Below are positions 1 to 12,800 of a DNA stretch of 64,000 bases, piece by piece. Below the pieces are notes generated by a model. It did not search any database, was not told the DNA's origin, and worked only from the letters and a program-made list of their open reading frames with translations. The position numbers were made by a program, and so were the translations under genes. The stretch lies in contig CM082581.2 of assembly GCA_040954595.2 (NCBI GenBank), positions 5,014,699 through 5,078,698 on the forward strand. The letters run 5' to 3'. The DNA is from Balanoglossus misakiensis. Lineage: Eukaryota; Animalia; Hemichordata. Numbering within the stretch: position 1 is the first letter of the stretch; each line of letters opens with the position of its first letter.

Positions 1-593
1 AATTCAATTTGAATGAAGGTTTTAAAATGTTCTTTCCACTAAATTTCAACTTCACAGACGACACAGCAATGCAAAGTGTTCAATACAACATATTAACTCT
101 ATCATAGATACAAATATAAGAATAAGAAACATGATTAATACAGCTATGCACTTTCTGTCACCTTTGCATAAATGGTAGCGTTCTATACAAATTCTGTTTC
201 TTATTTGATTTTTATCGTGCCGTTTATAACAGCAAAAGTTGCAACCATAATAATAAAATTCCAAAAACAGTGAATTAAAAAAACATTTCGCATGTGGTGT
301 TAAATAAAATACTTACAACAGTTTTGAAATGTTCATTATGATACATGTACTTATTTCGATAAAGAAATACCGTTTAAAGAATCTATGTAGCAATTAACCT
401 ACGATGTCCAAAGAGCTGCCACCGTTGCATTATTCTCCAGACCTGATTTTACTTTCAAAATAAGTTTGGTTTATATATCTATGATTACCGGTGGACATAC
501 ACATCATTGCCGTTGTGGCTTTACGTTTAAAGGTAAACAAGTAAATTGTTTTGTATTTACACAAATGCACACAATTCTTCATTGATATTGATA

Positions 594-3151
594 TTATTTT
601 TTTTCTGAGGCATCGTTACTCTTGTACATTTTTGACGCTGTTAAAATTGCTTTAAGTATCGTGCTACGTACATACGCTTCTTTCGGTGCATCCTTGGACT
701 TTTTCCTAAACCCACTTGAAACATCGTTGGCGATGGCAAACATCCTTTGTTTATCGATACCAAATTCATTAACAAGCATTTTCGTAAGACCGTCAACCTT
801 CTTCTCTGCATCACCGGTTGTTAAACCCGCTACCAATTTGTCAAGATGGGTGATGATGACAAACACGGGAATGTTACGTCCTATGGTATAGATAAAATGT
901 ATAGATCCATACTGACCAAGATCGCCACGTGTATGGTGTGGACCGACACCTACGGTAAAATCCATTTTACGACCGATAACATGTTCATCACTATTCAAAG
1001 CATTCTGTACTGTTTGATACCATAATCACATATGAACCATGAGTGGAGAATATACATTCATTCTGATTTCGTGCGGAAAAGAAAACTGAAATGCAGTCCC
1101 ATACCTTGCTGTTTAGCCGCTTTTAATGCTATCACGTTGAGCACATCGAGTTTTACATTTCCGTCCTGGATGCAAATCACGGCATGAATTTTAAGACGGT
1201 CACGGGCTGTCCGTGATGTTTGTGTCCCGATTCCTTTTCCTGGTTCCTGCTTTCCATCCAGTAGATTTTCCATCAGTTTACTTAGTTCTTCCCGATATTT
1301 CGGATCCATAGTCTGACCAGGTACATCCCATAAACAGAACGAAGACTTTCCGATGTCTAATACATTCCGTGTGTATACTGGAGTACCTGCTGCTGCCCTT
1401 GGGTATGTTTGTGCAATCGCAGTTTCAATTTGGAGAGACTTAAATTTAGAAGAGAAAAGTTGCTTTCAAATATCCACACTTAGTGAGGAATGTTAAAATA
1501 AACTGTACACAATTGATTGCTGGATACCAGGACCTCCATAGTATTTTTGCATCGAGATTGCTAGGTCGGATGACTATTTTCATCATAAATGAAATAGCTT
1601 ATCAAGCAATCATATTTCTCTATTCGCAAATCTTTTTTTTTTTGGGGGGGGGGCAACAGAGTCAACTAATGTAAAACGGGATGTTCTTTGGTGTAGCTGT
1701 GAAAAGGAAATCGATTGGTCGAAGAATTCACGTCACTTGGTTAAACATGTTTCAGTGAGGAGAAAGCTAAATAAAGTCAAAAGTTTGCGACTTAGGCGCC
1801 TTGAAGACGGTACTATAGTTTCGAGTAATCGCACACCACACTTACCTCGGCAATTGTGTTGATTGTAGCCGACTTTCCATGATTTGGAGCGCCGATCAAA
1901 ATAATGTTCTGTTCACAACAGTATTGTTCTAAATTTCCTACAGAAGACATAAAATCATTTCTTCAGATTCTGATAGAAAGCAAATATGAAAATATTTGTA
2001 CAGATAGCATGCGAATAAATGCTTCGTGTGGTGTGTGAAAAGTTGTTATCATTACAATGAAAACGGTTCAAGAGCTTCACAGAGCTACCAATATACTTGT
2101 TGTATTCTGGCTTGTTTCCAAAATGTCTCACATGTTTAATGCCGTGGGTGAATATGTCAGGTTGTTGTTGCTAAAGTTTGCAAATACTTACGTAAATCGG
2201 AATCTGTTTCCTCTTTCGTGTGAAAAGTAATTTGTTCCTTCGGTCTGACGACCCTCTCCTCCGATTGCAATGGTCGACTTGTGAGCCCCGGGAGTGCGAC
2301 TGGTCTATACAGCAGTATATCAGTATTTTCACCAATGCCAAATCTTGTACGTATTCTTTCAGTGAGATCGGTAATATCGTCATCACTTTTGCAAGGCAAT
2401 AGTGTCCAGTTTTCTCTAAGTATGGGACGGACTTTGACTCGAAGGCCTACATCAAAGTTCAAAATGGTCCAGATTAACACTTGGTCAATTTATTATGGCC
2501 GAGTCTATTGACACCCGGATGGCAATAGACACTCTGACTTATTTAAATGAGCAGCAATTGTTTGGCAGTCCCGAAAACTCTTCGCCTATATCGGGAAAAC
2601 AATCGACAAATCCTCGTCTTATGAGCCTTGTATCCGAAAAGCAAGAATTTCAATCCATTGTACAGAATGCATTGTTTGAAGACTGTAACAAATGTGTTGA
2701 CCTTTAGAGACAAGGGTGACACTGCCAACCTTAAGTTAAACTTGTCATTTTGGAGTACGCCATGCATTTCTGATAATTTGCACGTATTCATACATACATG
2801 TAAGCTTATAGCCAGCTTATGCCCAGTTCTGAGTCAACATAATTAAGGTGAACATTGAAATCTATAGCCTGAGGATACTGGGACCAAACACCTTTGGTGC
2901 AAAGATGAGCATACTTTTGCTGAAGTTAGGTGGGTAACGTTATACGTGTCCACCAATGCACCTTCAAAGGGACAATGTCACTCTCGAGCTTTTTGGTTAA
3001 TTGTGTTTGATACGAAAGTCTATGCTGTTTGAATTGAATCATGCGATAGGAATATTGTCATACCGTCATTTTGTGAAGAGCGTCGGTCTGTCTGTTCCAT
3101 TTCTGGATCTTCTGTGCGTGTACTTGTTGTTGTTGACGGCGACTCGTTCAT
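594..3151 (-). CDS. IFI44/IFI44L-like P-loop NTPase/GTPase with N-terminal ubiquitin-like domain, 5 exons, ~351 aa
   Basis: Exons (minus): 3151-3064, 2446-2192, 1937-1846, 1438-1105, 880-594. All introns are GT-AG with matching phases (1,1,0,1), total 1056 nt. The spliced protein has Walker A NIILIGAPNHGKSATINTI, a G2-like GT, G3 LWDVPG, then LLDG...KIHAVICI and G4-like IITHLD. This order and spacing match the IFI44 family (GxxGAGKS / DxxG / IHCV / LTHVD). The P-loop exon is absent from the ORF track. Confidence 0.8.
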
Positions 3152-3159
3152 TGTGTGAT

Positions 3160-3355
3160 GGAATCGAAACACGGAAGTCTTTCGTTTTGTTCACTGGGCC
3201 TGGCGTATGTTTTATGGTTGCTTCTCAGTTCTCGCCATATATGAATAGTCATGAGTGTGACGTCCTAATAATTTACAGCAACCAGACGCCTATGACGTCG
3301 ACAAAATTATGGGCCAACGCGATCACACCAATCAGAACCCGCCCAATCCAATCAT
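3160..3355 (-). promoter_or_regulatory. Putative promoter/5' region of the IFI44-like gene
   Basis: Compact cluster upstream of the ATG at 3151: two TGACGTC CRE-like sites (~3258, ~3293), three CCAAT boxes (~3328-3352), GC box CCCGCCC (~3338) and AANNGAAA IRF-like cores (~3162 plus, ~3180 minus). It lies downstream of the PGGHG-like poly(A) signal. Confidence 0.45.
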
Positions 3356-3524
3356 GCTTACGTCTAATAAGTCAAAAAGGGGTCGTGCGATCGCTCACAA
3401 TGGCCTCGGGTCATACGAAACATTGACCAAAAGTAAATAAAAACCCAGCAACATGAACGACAAACTAATGGCGGAAAAATGCTGACTCAGCAGTTTTCGT
3501 CAATTATTAATTAAATTCCTATAT

Positions 3525-3530
3525 TTTATT
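3525..3530 (-). terminator. Candidate poly(A) signal of PGGHG-like gene
   Basis: TTTATT on plus = AATAAA on minus, ~140 nt after the stop codon at 3672. Confidence 0.5.
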
Positions 3531-3671
3531 ACAGATTTGTATTATGCTTACAAAGGAGAAACGACAAATCCACAATGGCAGAAAATGACAATACTTTCAA
3601 TTTTACTGATCGTACATCCTTAAACTACGCCTTTGGACCAACCCAGAACTCATTTCCTTGGGATTCAATGA

Positions 3672-6600
3672 TCAGAACAGTGACATGACAATAAAGAGTG
3701 TCCCTAAAACTATAAGAGCCGTGGCCGATGTTTTACATGCAGCGCATACTGGTGGTCCTTCAGATGGTTGTGCAGTTGGTGGGCCCAGCGTTGGGGAAGT
3801 GACGTCTACGATTTTACTGGTAGAATCTCTTGGTAGGGGACATCCGCTGTCAGTTGTGGTGGTGATTTTGCCACTTTGACGGGCGAAGGTCAAAGGTTGG
3901 CCTGAGAAGAGAAGATTGGTCATTAGCTTGTAGTATGAGAGTGAATGTCTGTTGTGATTTCGTAATGGAGGTATGGGTGAAAAGGCTCCTGTGACCTTTT
4001 CCTGAACTATGTGCGTTGTGCCTCCTACTTGGCCCATACCAGTAGCTTCGAGGAGTTTGCCAGTGTTTAGTGAGACAGAGAAAAGTAACATGTAAGTGAC
4101 AGCACACGGCATAGAGATGCAACGCACTCCAGCTAATATAGTCGTGGAATGTATTGCTTACTGACTTAATGAACTTTTATGGTTGGTTATGAATTTTAGA
4201 TACACCAAAAATGATATTTTAGGGGGGAAATCGTCACGCAACGTCAGTGTTTAACTTGTCGCACCTTCAACTAGATCATATTCAGTTTGATCGTTGAGAG
4301 TTACTTTTAGCGGGAAACTCCCAACTGTGGTGGCGTTGATCTCTACAGTTGTTGCGTCATACTTGAAATCCAGGGAGGCTTCGAGATATTTGATTCCGAC
4401 GAACTTCACTTCGGTTGTGTCCGGAATCAGATTCGGGTTGAAATCGAGATGCTCGACGTGCAGCCGAAAACCCCCGTAGCCGAAGAAAACGGCTTGCAAA
4501 AATCCTCCCATGCCGGTGATGAAGTTGACCGCGCCGATACCCTGCTGCGCTTCGGTCCAAATCTGAAAATGAAATGTCGAATGGTCGTTCGTGCAGTGTT
4601 GCTTACATATATCTTTCTCAAGGTGCCTATAGCTTTGTGAAAAATAATATACAGAATTTCGCAAATAGAAAAACTCTAAAGATGAATGTTGCTGTGTGTT
4701 CATTCACTGCTGCATACAATAAATTTAGGCTCCATATGAAGTCAGTTTCTTTTTCGAAATGTGTATATCCTTAAGTATGTGGTTTTGCACGTTAACTTTA
4801 GACAATTTAGAATGAAAAAAATATTTCTGTTTTAGAGTAACAAGTTAAGTGGCACACTTCAAAATTGTGCATTGTGCAAGGTATCTTAACAACAGCTGAA
4901 CACCATATTAAATTGAAATGTGTCGTAACAATCACTCCGGGCCCTGGAGGGTGTATTCTATAAGCAAAAAATCACACTAATACCTTATACGGCTGCCTGA
5001 CATACAAACTGTAACTTTTGTGGAACAATTCGGTTGCCTTATCAAAGTTTTCAAGTTCAAGGTGGCCAACTGAGAACATTCCCCAGGTCATGGCCGGTCC
5101 AAACGGATCGGTGACAGGCTCGTAGATCTCCAAGTCGTTTCCTCGCACTTCAGGCGTCATTTCCCACATCATCGGGAATCCCAGAAGAACCACATCGGCT
5201 TGCTTTATCATTTCACCTGCGAATGTATTGGAATTTTATGTTAAAATGTAGACATCTACTTGCATATTCATATGCTCTTCTTTCTTTTTTCTGCCTCACC
5301 CTGTGGAAATGGGAACTGGGTGCTGAATCACATTTTAAAAATCGTGTGGCATGTAAGCTTTTAACACTTCATGGATACCACAGCGCATGCGCAACAAGTT
5401 CGTTGTTGGCGACAGCAGTGTTCAACTCTGCACCTGTGTGCGCTTGAGGAAATCAAATGAAAACGTCCGTTTACGGAGATGCCGAACCCATACATGCATA
5501 AAATAAACGATAAATCGTCGAAGTGTGGAGGTTTTCGGCTGCACGTCGGGTATCAGTATGACGTCTGTCTCCCCCCGCGGGCAGACAGCAGTATGCTGTT
5601 ACCCCCAGAGCCACTCAATATGTATACAATATCATATTGACATATCTCTTTGCGTATAGATGATTTGGGGGACCTCCTATGAATGAAAAAAATGGTTGTT
5701 TGTGTGCATTTGTCTCACCGATTGGGTAACCTTCATATTCGGGGTGGAATTTCCTCTCGCTGTCAAAGATATACGTCATGTTGCCAGCTTTGTCCAACCA
5801 GTCGTCGGGCAACGGGTCGTTGCCACAGAGACAAGCCGCGTAATCGGCCATGAAGATAGCTAGACTTGCGCCGATGTTCGTGTAGACTGAATTGTCAATC
5901 TCTTCATGGTACTCATCCGGAGGCATGACACCTAAAAGGTCATGGAAATGAAGGAAAACATAGCAGAAATGAATTAGAGTCTACTGTCAAAGAAAACAGT
6001 ACATTCTTGGCACATTCTTTTTAGATTCTTCGTTTTGCAGTAACATCGAGTTTCGCTCTTCCAAGCTTGTAATGTTCACATTTGATATCACCAAAATGAC
6101 AACATATAGTTTGACTAGAGAACAAACAGCGTCGAGTTGTACGTACTGAGTTATACTTTTCCCCCAAAGCTACCACAATCTATAGAGAACGGTATTTTAC
6201 CAAGAATTTCCCAGGCATCCCTCTCATCGTTGTAGGTAACGCGACTCTGCCAAAAGTTGGCGATTTCTCTCGTGAAATCGCACCCCCAGTCGGACAGCCA
6301 CTCCACGTCACGGGTCGCCGAGATGTACTGCCTCGCCGCGAAGGCGACGTCGCTCGTGATGTGTTGCTGGTTCTCTCTGGTGGGAATGCAGCAGTCGGGT
6401 GTCACTTCGGCGCCGGTGAATGCGCCCTCCCATGGGTAGCGAGTGCCCAGGTGCCAGTGGCAGAGCGCGCGACGCCTGGCCTCCTCTCGCACGTGCCACC
6501 TGTACGACAGGATGTCTCGGCCAATCGACGGGTGGAACATCAGCACTGTCGGGAACATCCAAGTCTCCGTATCCCAGAAACTGTGGCCCTGGTAGTCGCG

Positions 6601-9600
6601 CAAGTAAGCTCCGTTGGCCAGACCACCAGGACTGAGACCGTAGAACTGGTTCTTGGGACTGTGCGCATCGTCTGAAACGGGCAGCGAACTAAGGATGTAG
6701 TAGAAGCAGCCGTAGATATATTTACCAAGCTGTACATTGTCAACCTCAATTCTGGCACCGTCCCACGTTTCCCGCCATTTCTCGACGTGAGAATTTAGCA
6801 AGTCGTTACTAGCTACACCAGCATCAAAATCAGCTTGTGCTATTGTGTCGTTCTGGTCTATAGACGTGATGTAGTTATAGACGTCATTTCCAGTCGTGCG
6901 GGTGTCAATCATTATCTCCTCGAATTCTGTGTAGTAGACAAATACGGTGGACGTTTCGCTCAAAATGGTCTCCGATATTTTAGTCTCGCCACTTATCTTC
7001 TTGTAATCACTGGATTGGACAGAAAAAAATAAACAAGGATTCGCAGTCAGCTTACAGTAACTTAGAGAATATACAGATAGTCGTATTCTTATGCAAACTA
7101 TTTTACCAAGAAACGAAAAATAGATATGGCATGGGAATTTGATTTAAAACATATTCAAATAATATTCTGCACAATGTGCGCGTGACATACTTTCCATTCG
7201 TGCTGTAGTCTTCGGGTTGGGAGAAGGTAATATCTTCGGATTCGGGACCTTCGTTATTGGCCAGCGTCACCGTGACATCTTGGTTACCGTTTCCGACCGT
7301 TACCACTTCAATCTGGGTCACTAGAAGCCGTGTGTAGAAACGATGAGCGAATATACGAACCGTTACGGTGAAGTCATCGTGTTTGGCCTCTTCGTGCCAA
7401 ACTCCTGAAGATGATAAAATTTGGGAGGAAAACGGTGCAGTAATCAGTATCGGTATATCTTCCATAAAACAAACACAGGCCAGTCATGGTATCATTACTC
7501 GCTGATACGTCTCAAAACACTTTAGCCAACTTGGAGCTTTTCCCCACTATAATTGCGAGAAAATGTTTGTTGTTTCTTTAGGTGCACCTGAACCAGCGTC
7601 TAAACCAAGTTTTGTACACAATTTCCTTTTAAAGGTTTGAGCTCTGTAAAATGTAATAATCTGAAAAAGCTACTACCTTGCTCTACATCCAGAAAATATC
7701 TCCGCGTCACTTGTTGTTCTATATTTTCCGGAAATGACACCCTTATTGCGTTCTTGGATGGAACTCTGGCGCGATGGCTGACACCTGCAATATGAAAGGA
7801 AGACAAGAAAAGACCATCACGATTGTCGTTTGAATTTTACGGCAGCTTCTCCAACAGTGTTAAAATCAGCATGTTACCTCCATAAAATTGACCACACATG
7901 TCTCTTATTGATGCACAATATTACAACAGAGCCTCGTGAATACACTATAAGATCACCTATGCGTGTGATTATTCGTAGTAGTACCAGGGAGTCGCCACAA
8001 CTAAACAGCGCCCTCTAAACATGCGATTTATTCAAAGCCGACACTTGAACCATGCCACTTCCGAAGTGGCCTGGTTCTGCTAGTTCTATCCAACTTCTAA
8101 TAGATATGTCTTGCAAAAACATTGATGACGTTTGACGTTAGTGTGTTTATAATAATCCTAATTGACCTTAGAGCAATTACAAATCCTCTACATGGGACGT
8201 AACATACGTCAAAAGCGATCCGGGACTCACATATGTCACCAGGTCGACCAATTCTTCATGTGTTTACCGCCGTACCTGACTTATCACCTGATGGATGCAT
8301 CTGTCAAGATACGCCTTTCGACTACAAACCACCAGTCATATTTATCATAAATCACCCCAAGTCTCCGCTGTACTCTATGTTTGTGTCGTACTATGATAAA
8401 TGCACAGTAAAATAAGGGCTTTTAAACCAAAGACGGAAAAAGCTTTTCCTACAATAACTGTATTCTAGCGTAGAAATCTTTGGATTTTCAATGAACATGA
8501 AGATAGTTTACGTAAAAGGAGTGGTATATGAAAACTGCAAATGCTTAACTGCTGCTTAAGAGGACGGCATTAAATTTCGTGCGTTCTAGCAGGTCGGAGA
8601 GTGATCCCGTGTCTCCGTGACCCGAAACATGTCCTGGAAAAGGGTCAAACCCATCAGTGTAGTGCATGGACTAGTGTACCGTATGTTGTGTGTCGCGGCC
8701 TCATCATGTGGCGTGAATGGAAATAGCTTTGAACAAACAAAGCAATAAATTGCACAACTGACTAGATACATGATGTGGGTGATGTCGAGATAGTTTTTGT
8801 GGGTCACGCGGCATGAATGTAATCTGGTGTCAGTGCGATTGTCTTTCGAAAATTTGGCATCCGCCATTTTGGTTCCACACAAAAAAACGCACAGCTAGCC
8901 TCTAACTTCATTCCACACATTTTCAAGTCAACCATCATTCTTCTCACCCCTTATGCATACACAAACATGACAGCATTTATATAATCGAAGTTTTTGAAGC
9001 TTAGAAAATGCATTTTCTCACAACCGATAACTTTATCTGTTAATGATAGCGTGGAATAACCAGAACTGCGTTTTATCACAGATTCCCTCCAGAAACAGGA
9101 TTCGAAACAGCGATGATGGACTTCCTCTGTGTGTTTCGGTGTGCAATGTATTTAATCCAGCCTTTCCTGTTTCGTAGCAAACCACGCAAACGAGATACCA
9201 ATACGACATTATGCAAATTAGACTGCGCATCCCTCTTAGACTGATCCCCATTCTCCAGCGTCTATAATTTTATCATTCACTCTATTAAAATTTCAAAATC
9301 TACAAACTTACCTAATCTATCATTGTACAGTCCATTGACGTAAATGGTATCTCTGTATACGGTCGATGATAGATGCCCATTCCCGACAGACGCCATGTAG
9401 CTAAAGTCTATCTCGCCTTCATCCATCGGTAGTCTGCATACGTACAATAAGAAAACACACAACAGATGATGTACGGTGGTACTGCCATGTTACAATTCTT
9501 GTCGAAGACGGAGCGTTTCCCGATACAATCAATCGTCCGTCGTAAATATATAACTTGGCAATAATGATGTTAACTTTGGGGGGGGGAAGAAAACATAACT

Positions 9601-9830
9601 TACTCGTTTGATTCAAAAACTGTCGGGGAGTCACTGACGTCATCGACATATTGCGCTGTTGCACGGCGAAGTCTGCTTTTCGTCGATTCGCCCATTGGCT
9701 CGTTGCGATATTTCAACATCTGGTCCGCGCCGATGGACAACAACTTTTCTAGTTCAAGTTCATAGTGACCATGGATCGGGGAAGAGGAAGCCAATAACAG
9801 CAATAACACCAGACAGACAATGTTAGCCAT
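3672..9830 (-). CDS. PGGHG: Protein-glucosylgalactosylhydroxylysine glucosidase-like (GH65, acid trehalase-like), secreted/GPI-type, 9 exons, ~817 aa
   Basis: Exons (minus): 9830-9604, 9433-9312, 7784-7677, 7404-7191, 7009-6201, 5931-5719, 5216-4984, 4562-4265, 3901-3672. All phases are consistent, total 2454 nt. GH65 motifs: GLSPGGL, YQGHSFWDTETW, YPWE, QHITSDV, VMPPDEY, NSVYTN, IKQADVVLLGFP, GPAMTW, WTE, GAVNFITGMGGFLQAVFFGYGG. May be a paralog rather than the strict ortholog. Confidence 0.9.
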
Positions 9831-12800
9831 CTTGAAACCAAGATAGTGTATACAGTCTCCGTCCTGCAGGACCGAATAGTATTTAGGGCAAAGTGCCATT
9901 GTAAGCACATTCTTTGTTTAGCGAAAAGTCCAATGGGTTTTCAGAGGTCTTCTTCAAAATTTTCCTTCATCAGAGCGATTTCTGTCGCAAAACCCCAGCC
10001 GTAAGGTTGTAGAACCGTTACCCCAAGTTTACGTCTAGTGATAATTACGTGCTGCGCAGACAGTCACTCAAAACGGACAACAAATCTGAAATAATAAAAA
10101 CAAAATGTAAATTGAAGGCTACAGATGGCAGTGACTTTTAATATTTGTCAAGAAAATACGCATATTTTACAATGTGTATCACATTACAGAATGGCGTATA
10201 TGGCATGAGAAAACTGTACGTGAAAATGAAATATGTCTGCTTGTTAGTTTCTCTGTCTGTCTTAAAATGGTTTATTAAAACTTTGAGTGGACGTAAAACA
10301 GAGAAATTGTTTAATTTGGCCATAAAACCCCCGGGAGTTTCTGTTTGAATAACTTGACTTCGCATTGACAGATACAAATTACATTGCCTGCTGAGGACAG
10401 TGGTGTCAGTAAAATGTTTACTTGTCAATTTTGATTAATGCGAACTCATACGCGTGGTCGGGCGCGGTGCGGTGGTGTGTGGTGTGATGATGTGAACAAT
10501 CGAATTACAATAACTCGTCAGGTAGATATGCGTTTACGAAGCACATATTTCACGAACACGTGCAAAAACGGAAGAACCGCATCAATGTGTTATCTGTACC
10601 CGGTACTATCCCGAAGATCCCATGTATTGACGATAACATTGATTTAAATCAGTCGTTTTTACCGAGAGAGACAAAATCTAACTATTTGAAATTAAGATCT
10701 AATTTTATCACCAATGAAAATGAATATGGCAATTATCTTGTTAAGAAGAGGTTTCAACTCTGCTTTCAATGCAGTTCTGGTGAACACGCGATTCTTGACC
10801 CCCAGTCAAAACTCGGTCATTCCGACTAATATCAACAAAGCGTGAATCACTCTAGCACACGGCGACTTTGATGTGGGCTATTTCCATTAATTTTTCTCCG
10901 CGCAACATTAAAATTTCGGGCAATGGCATTTACACCTGATAGAAAGCGGGCGTGCAGAAAGACGATACAAATGAAGATGTTCGAACGAGGCGTTAACAAC
11001 AAAACTATATTAGAACATTACTTATAAAAACTGTAGGCCCTTTGCATTCACCCGATATACCGACAACTCCACCCCTGCCCCTGCTTGCACAACAAATTAT
11101 GGGATTCATTCCACACTCGCAGGTCCGGCTTTCTAAAATTAAAGCCGTCAATTTCCGTCTACTTCTATGTCTACATGTATATCTTGTTTCCAATGCCCAT
11201 GCGCAGTGCGTCATGGGATGGCGTGTTGCAGCAGGGACAGTAGGAGAATATTCAAATTTACGAACGTCTTATATAAAAAGACACTCCATAACGAACGACT
11301 GCACTGTTCGAATGCATCATTGATCTATGCAATATAAGCTTACGCAGCCCAAACCCTATTTTCACAGTACGCAATTCGCGGGATATAAGCTTCTAATTTT
11401 CCTTCTTGGGGTAATATTCAATTCGTACTATTTCGTCTACACGGTTGGTTTGCACACATACAGGCTATATTGTATGGAGAAGGCGCACAAGTTATCGTCC
11501 ATCGGTGACCTTGAGACATATTTATGTCATCTCTAAATGGTCTTATCTCGGTAGATGTGGTGCGGTGTCATGTGTACCCCATGTCACGCCTTATGACCTA
11601 CATGAGATATGATATGTTGGTAGTTATTACATGTACATTGTACCCCCTCGCTCATACTTAAATATGTAACATAGACCCTGGATCTCCAGGGACAATGGTT
11701 ATCAGAACTGCATTTCCCTTGAACATAAAACATACCACATAGTAATTCATACTAATCAAAGCTTTTTGGGTGACCGTGATCAAACGAATTTAACTTTGGG
11801 AGTAGATATTTCATCTAAAACTGGAGCTTACGTGTGCAAAAGCGAATTGTTTTCTCTTGTGTTACGTATTCCGATCTGGAATGACCGTCCGTGAAAATCG
11901 AAAAAAATCGTTCCTGAAAAATATTCATCAAAATCACCCAGCTCTGAGTAACTTATCGATAATATCCTAAATTACATAACAAAAACAACGTCTCTCGGAC
12001 ATTTGTACTAGTCTTTAAAAGAGACATTTTTGCTGTTGCTCAAAACTCAGCAGCCAAGACGTGTTCCTTAGTAAAAAGTGCCAACACAATAGAAAAACAA
12101 TTTGTCTGAAGTGTGAATTTTGGCCTAAATGGCCTTGTGAAGAACTGCAGTTATGTTCGACAATGATTATTTTCAACAAACATTTACCTATCTGCATGGA
12201 AAAGTTAGTACATGATCGTACAGGAACAATAGCATTCGTATTTTCTATTTCGCTAACATAATTGGAACTGATCGGAAGAGACGCATACGGTTGAAATCTG
12301 TCAAAATTCAGCAGAGAACTTGTACTGTGGATCCTCTATGTTTTTAACGTCCTGAAATTCAGTGCAAGATTCTCCTCAAGACAGTACAACAAATACTGCT
12401 CGATTGTACATTGTTTGTTTGTATGCAATTAATACCTCAATAGTTCCGATCATGGTTATGAAAAGCCAGGACATACTCAGTTCCCGGCACTTATTATTCG
12501 CCGTAAAATCTCCATGGCCGTGTCCTCCGTTCACAACAGGTCTATAAAGGCTTCATTCGAGTGCATTGAAACTAGAATAGTTTATTAAAACAAACAAACC
12601 GTTAATATTGAATGAAATCGTGATTTAATACATTTTGAAATCAAGTATTTCAATCTAAACAACACTAAATTATGTTCAAGTACTGCTGATTAAAATATTT
12701 AGGTTTACATGTACCAAATGTTGATTCAGAAAATGAGAAAAGTCTTGATTATAAAGCGCACTGACTGTCAGTTTACGCTTACATCTTTTCAGAGCTTGTG

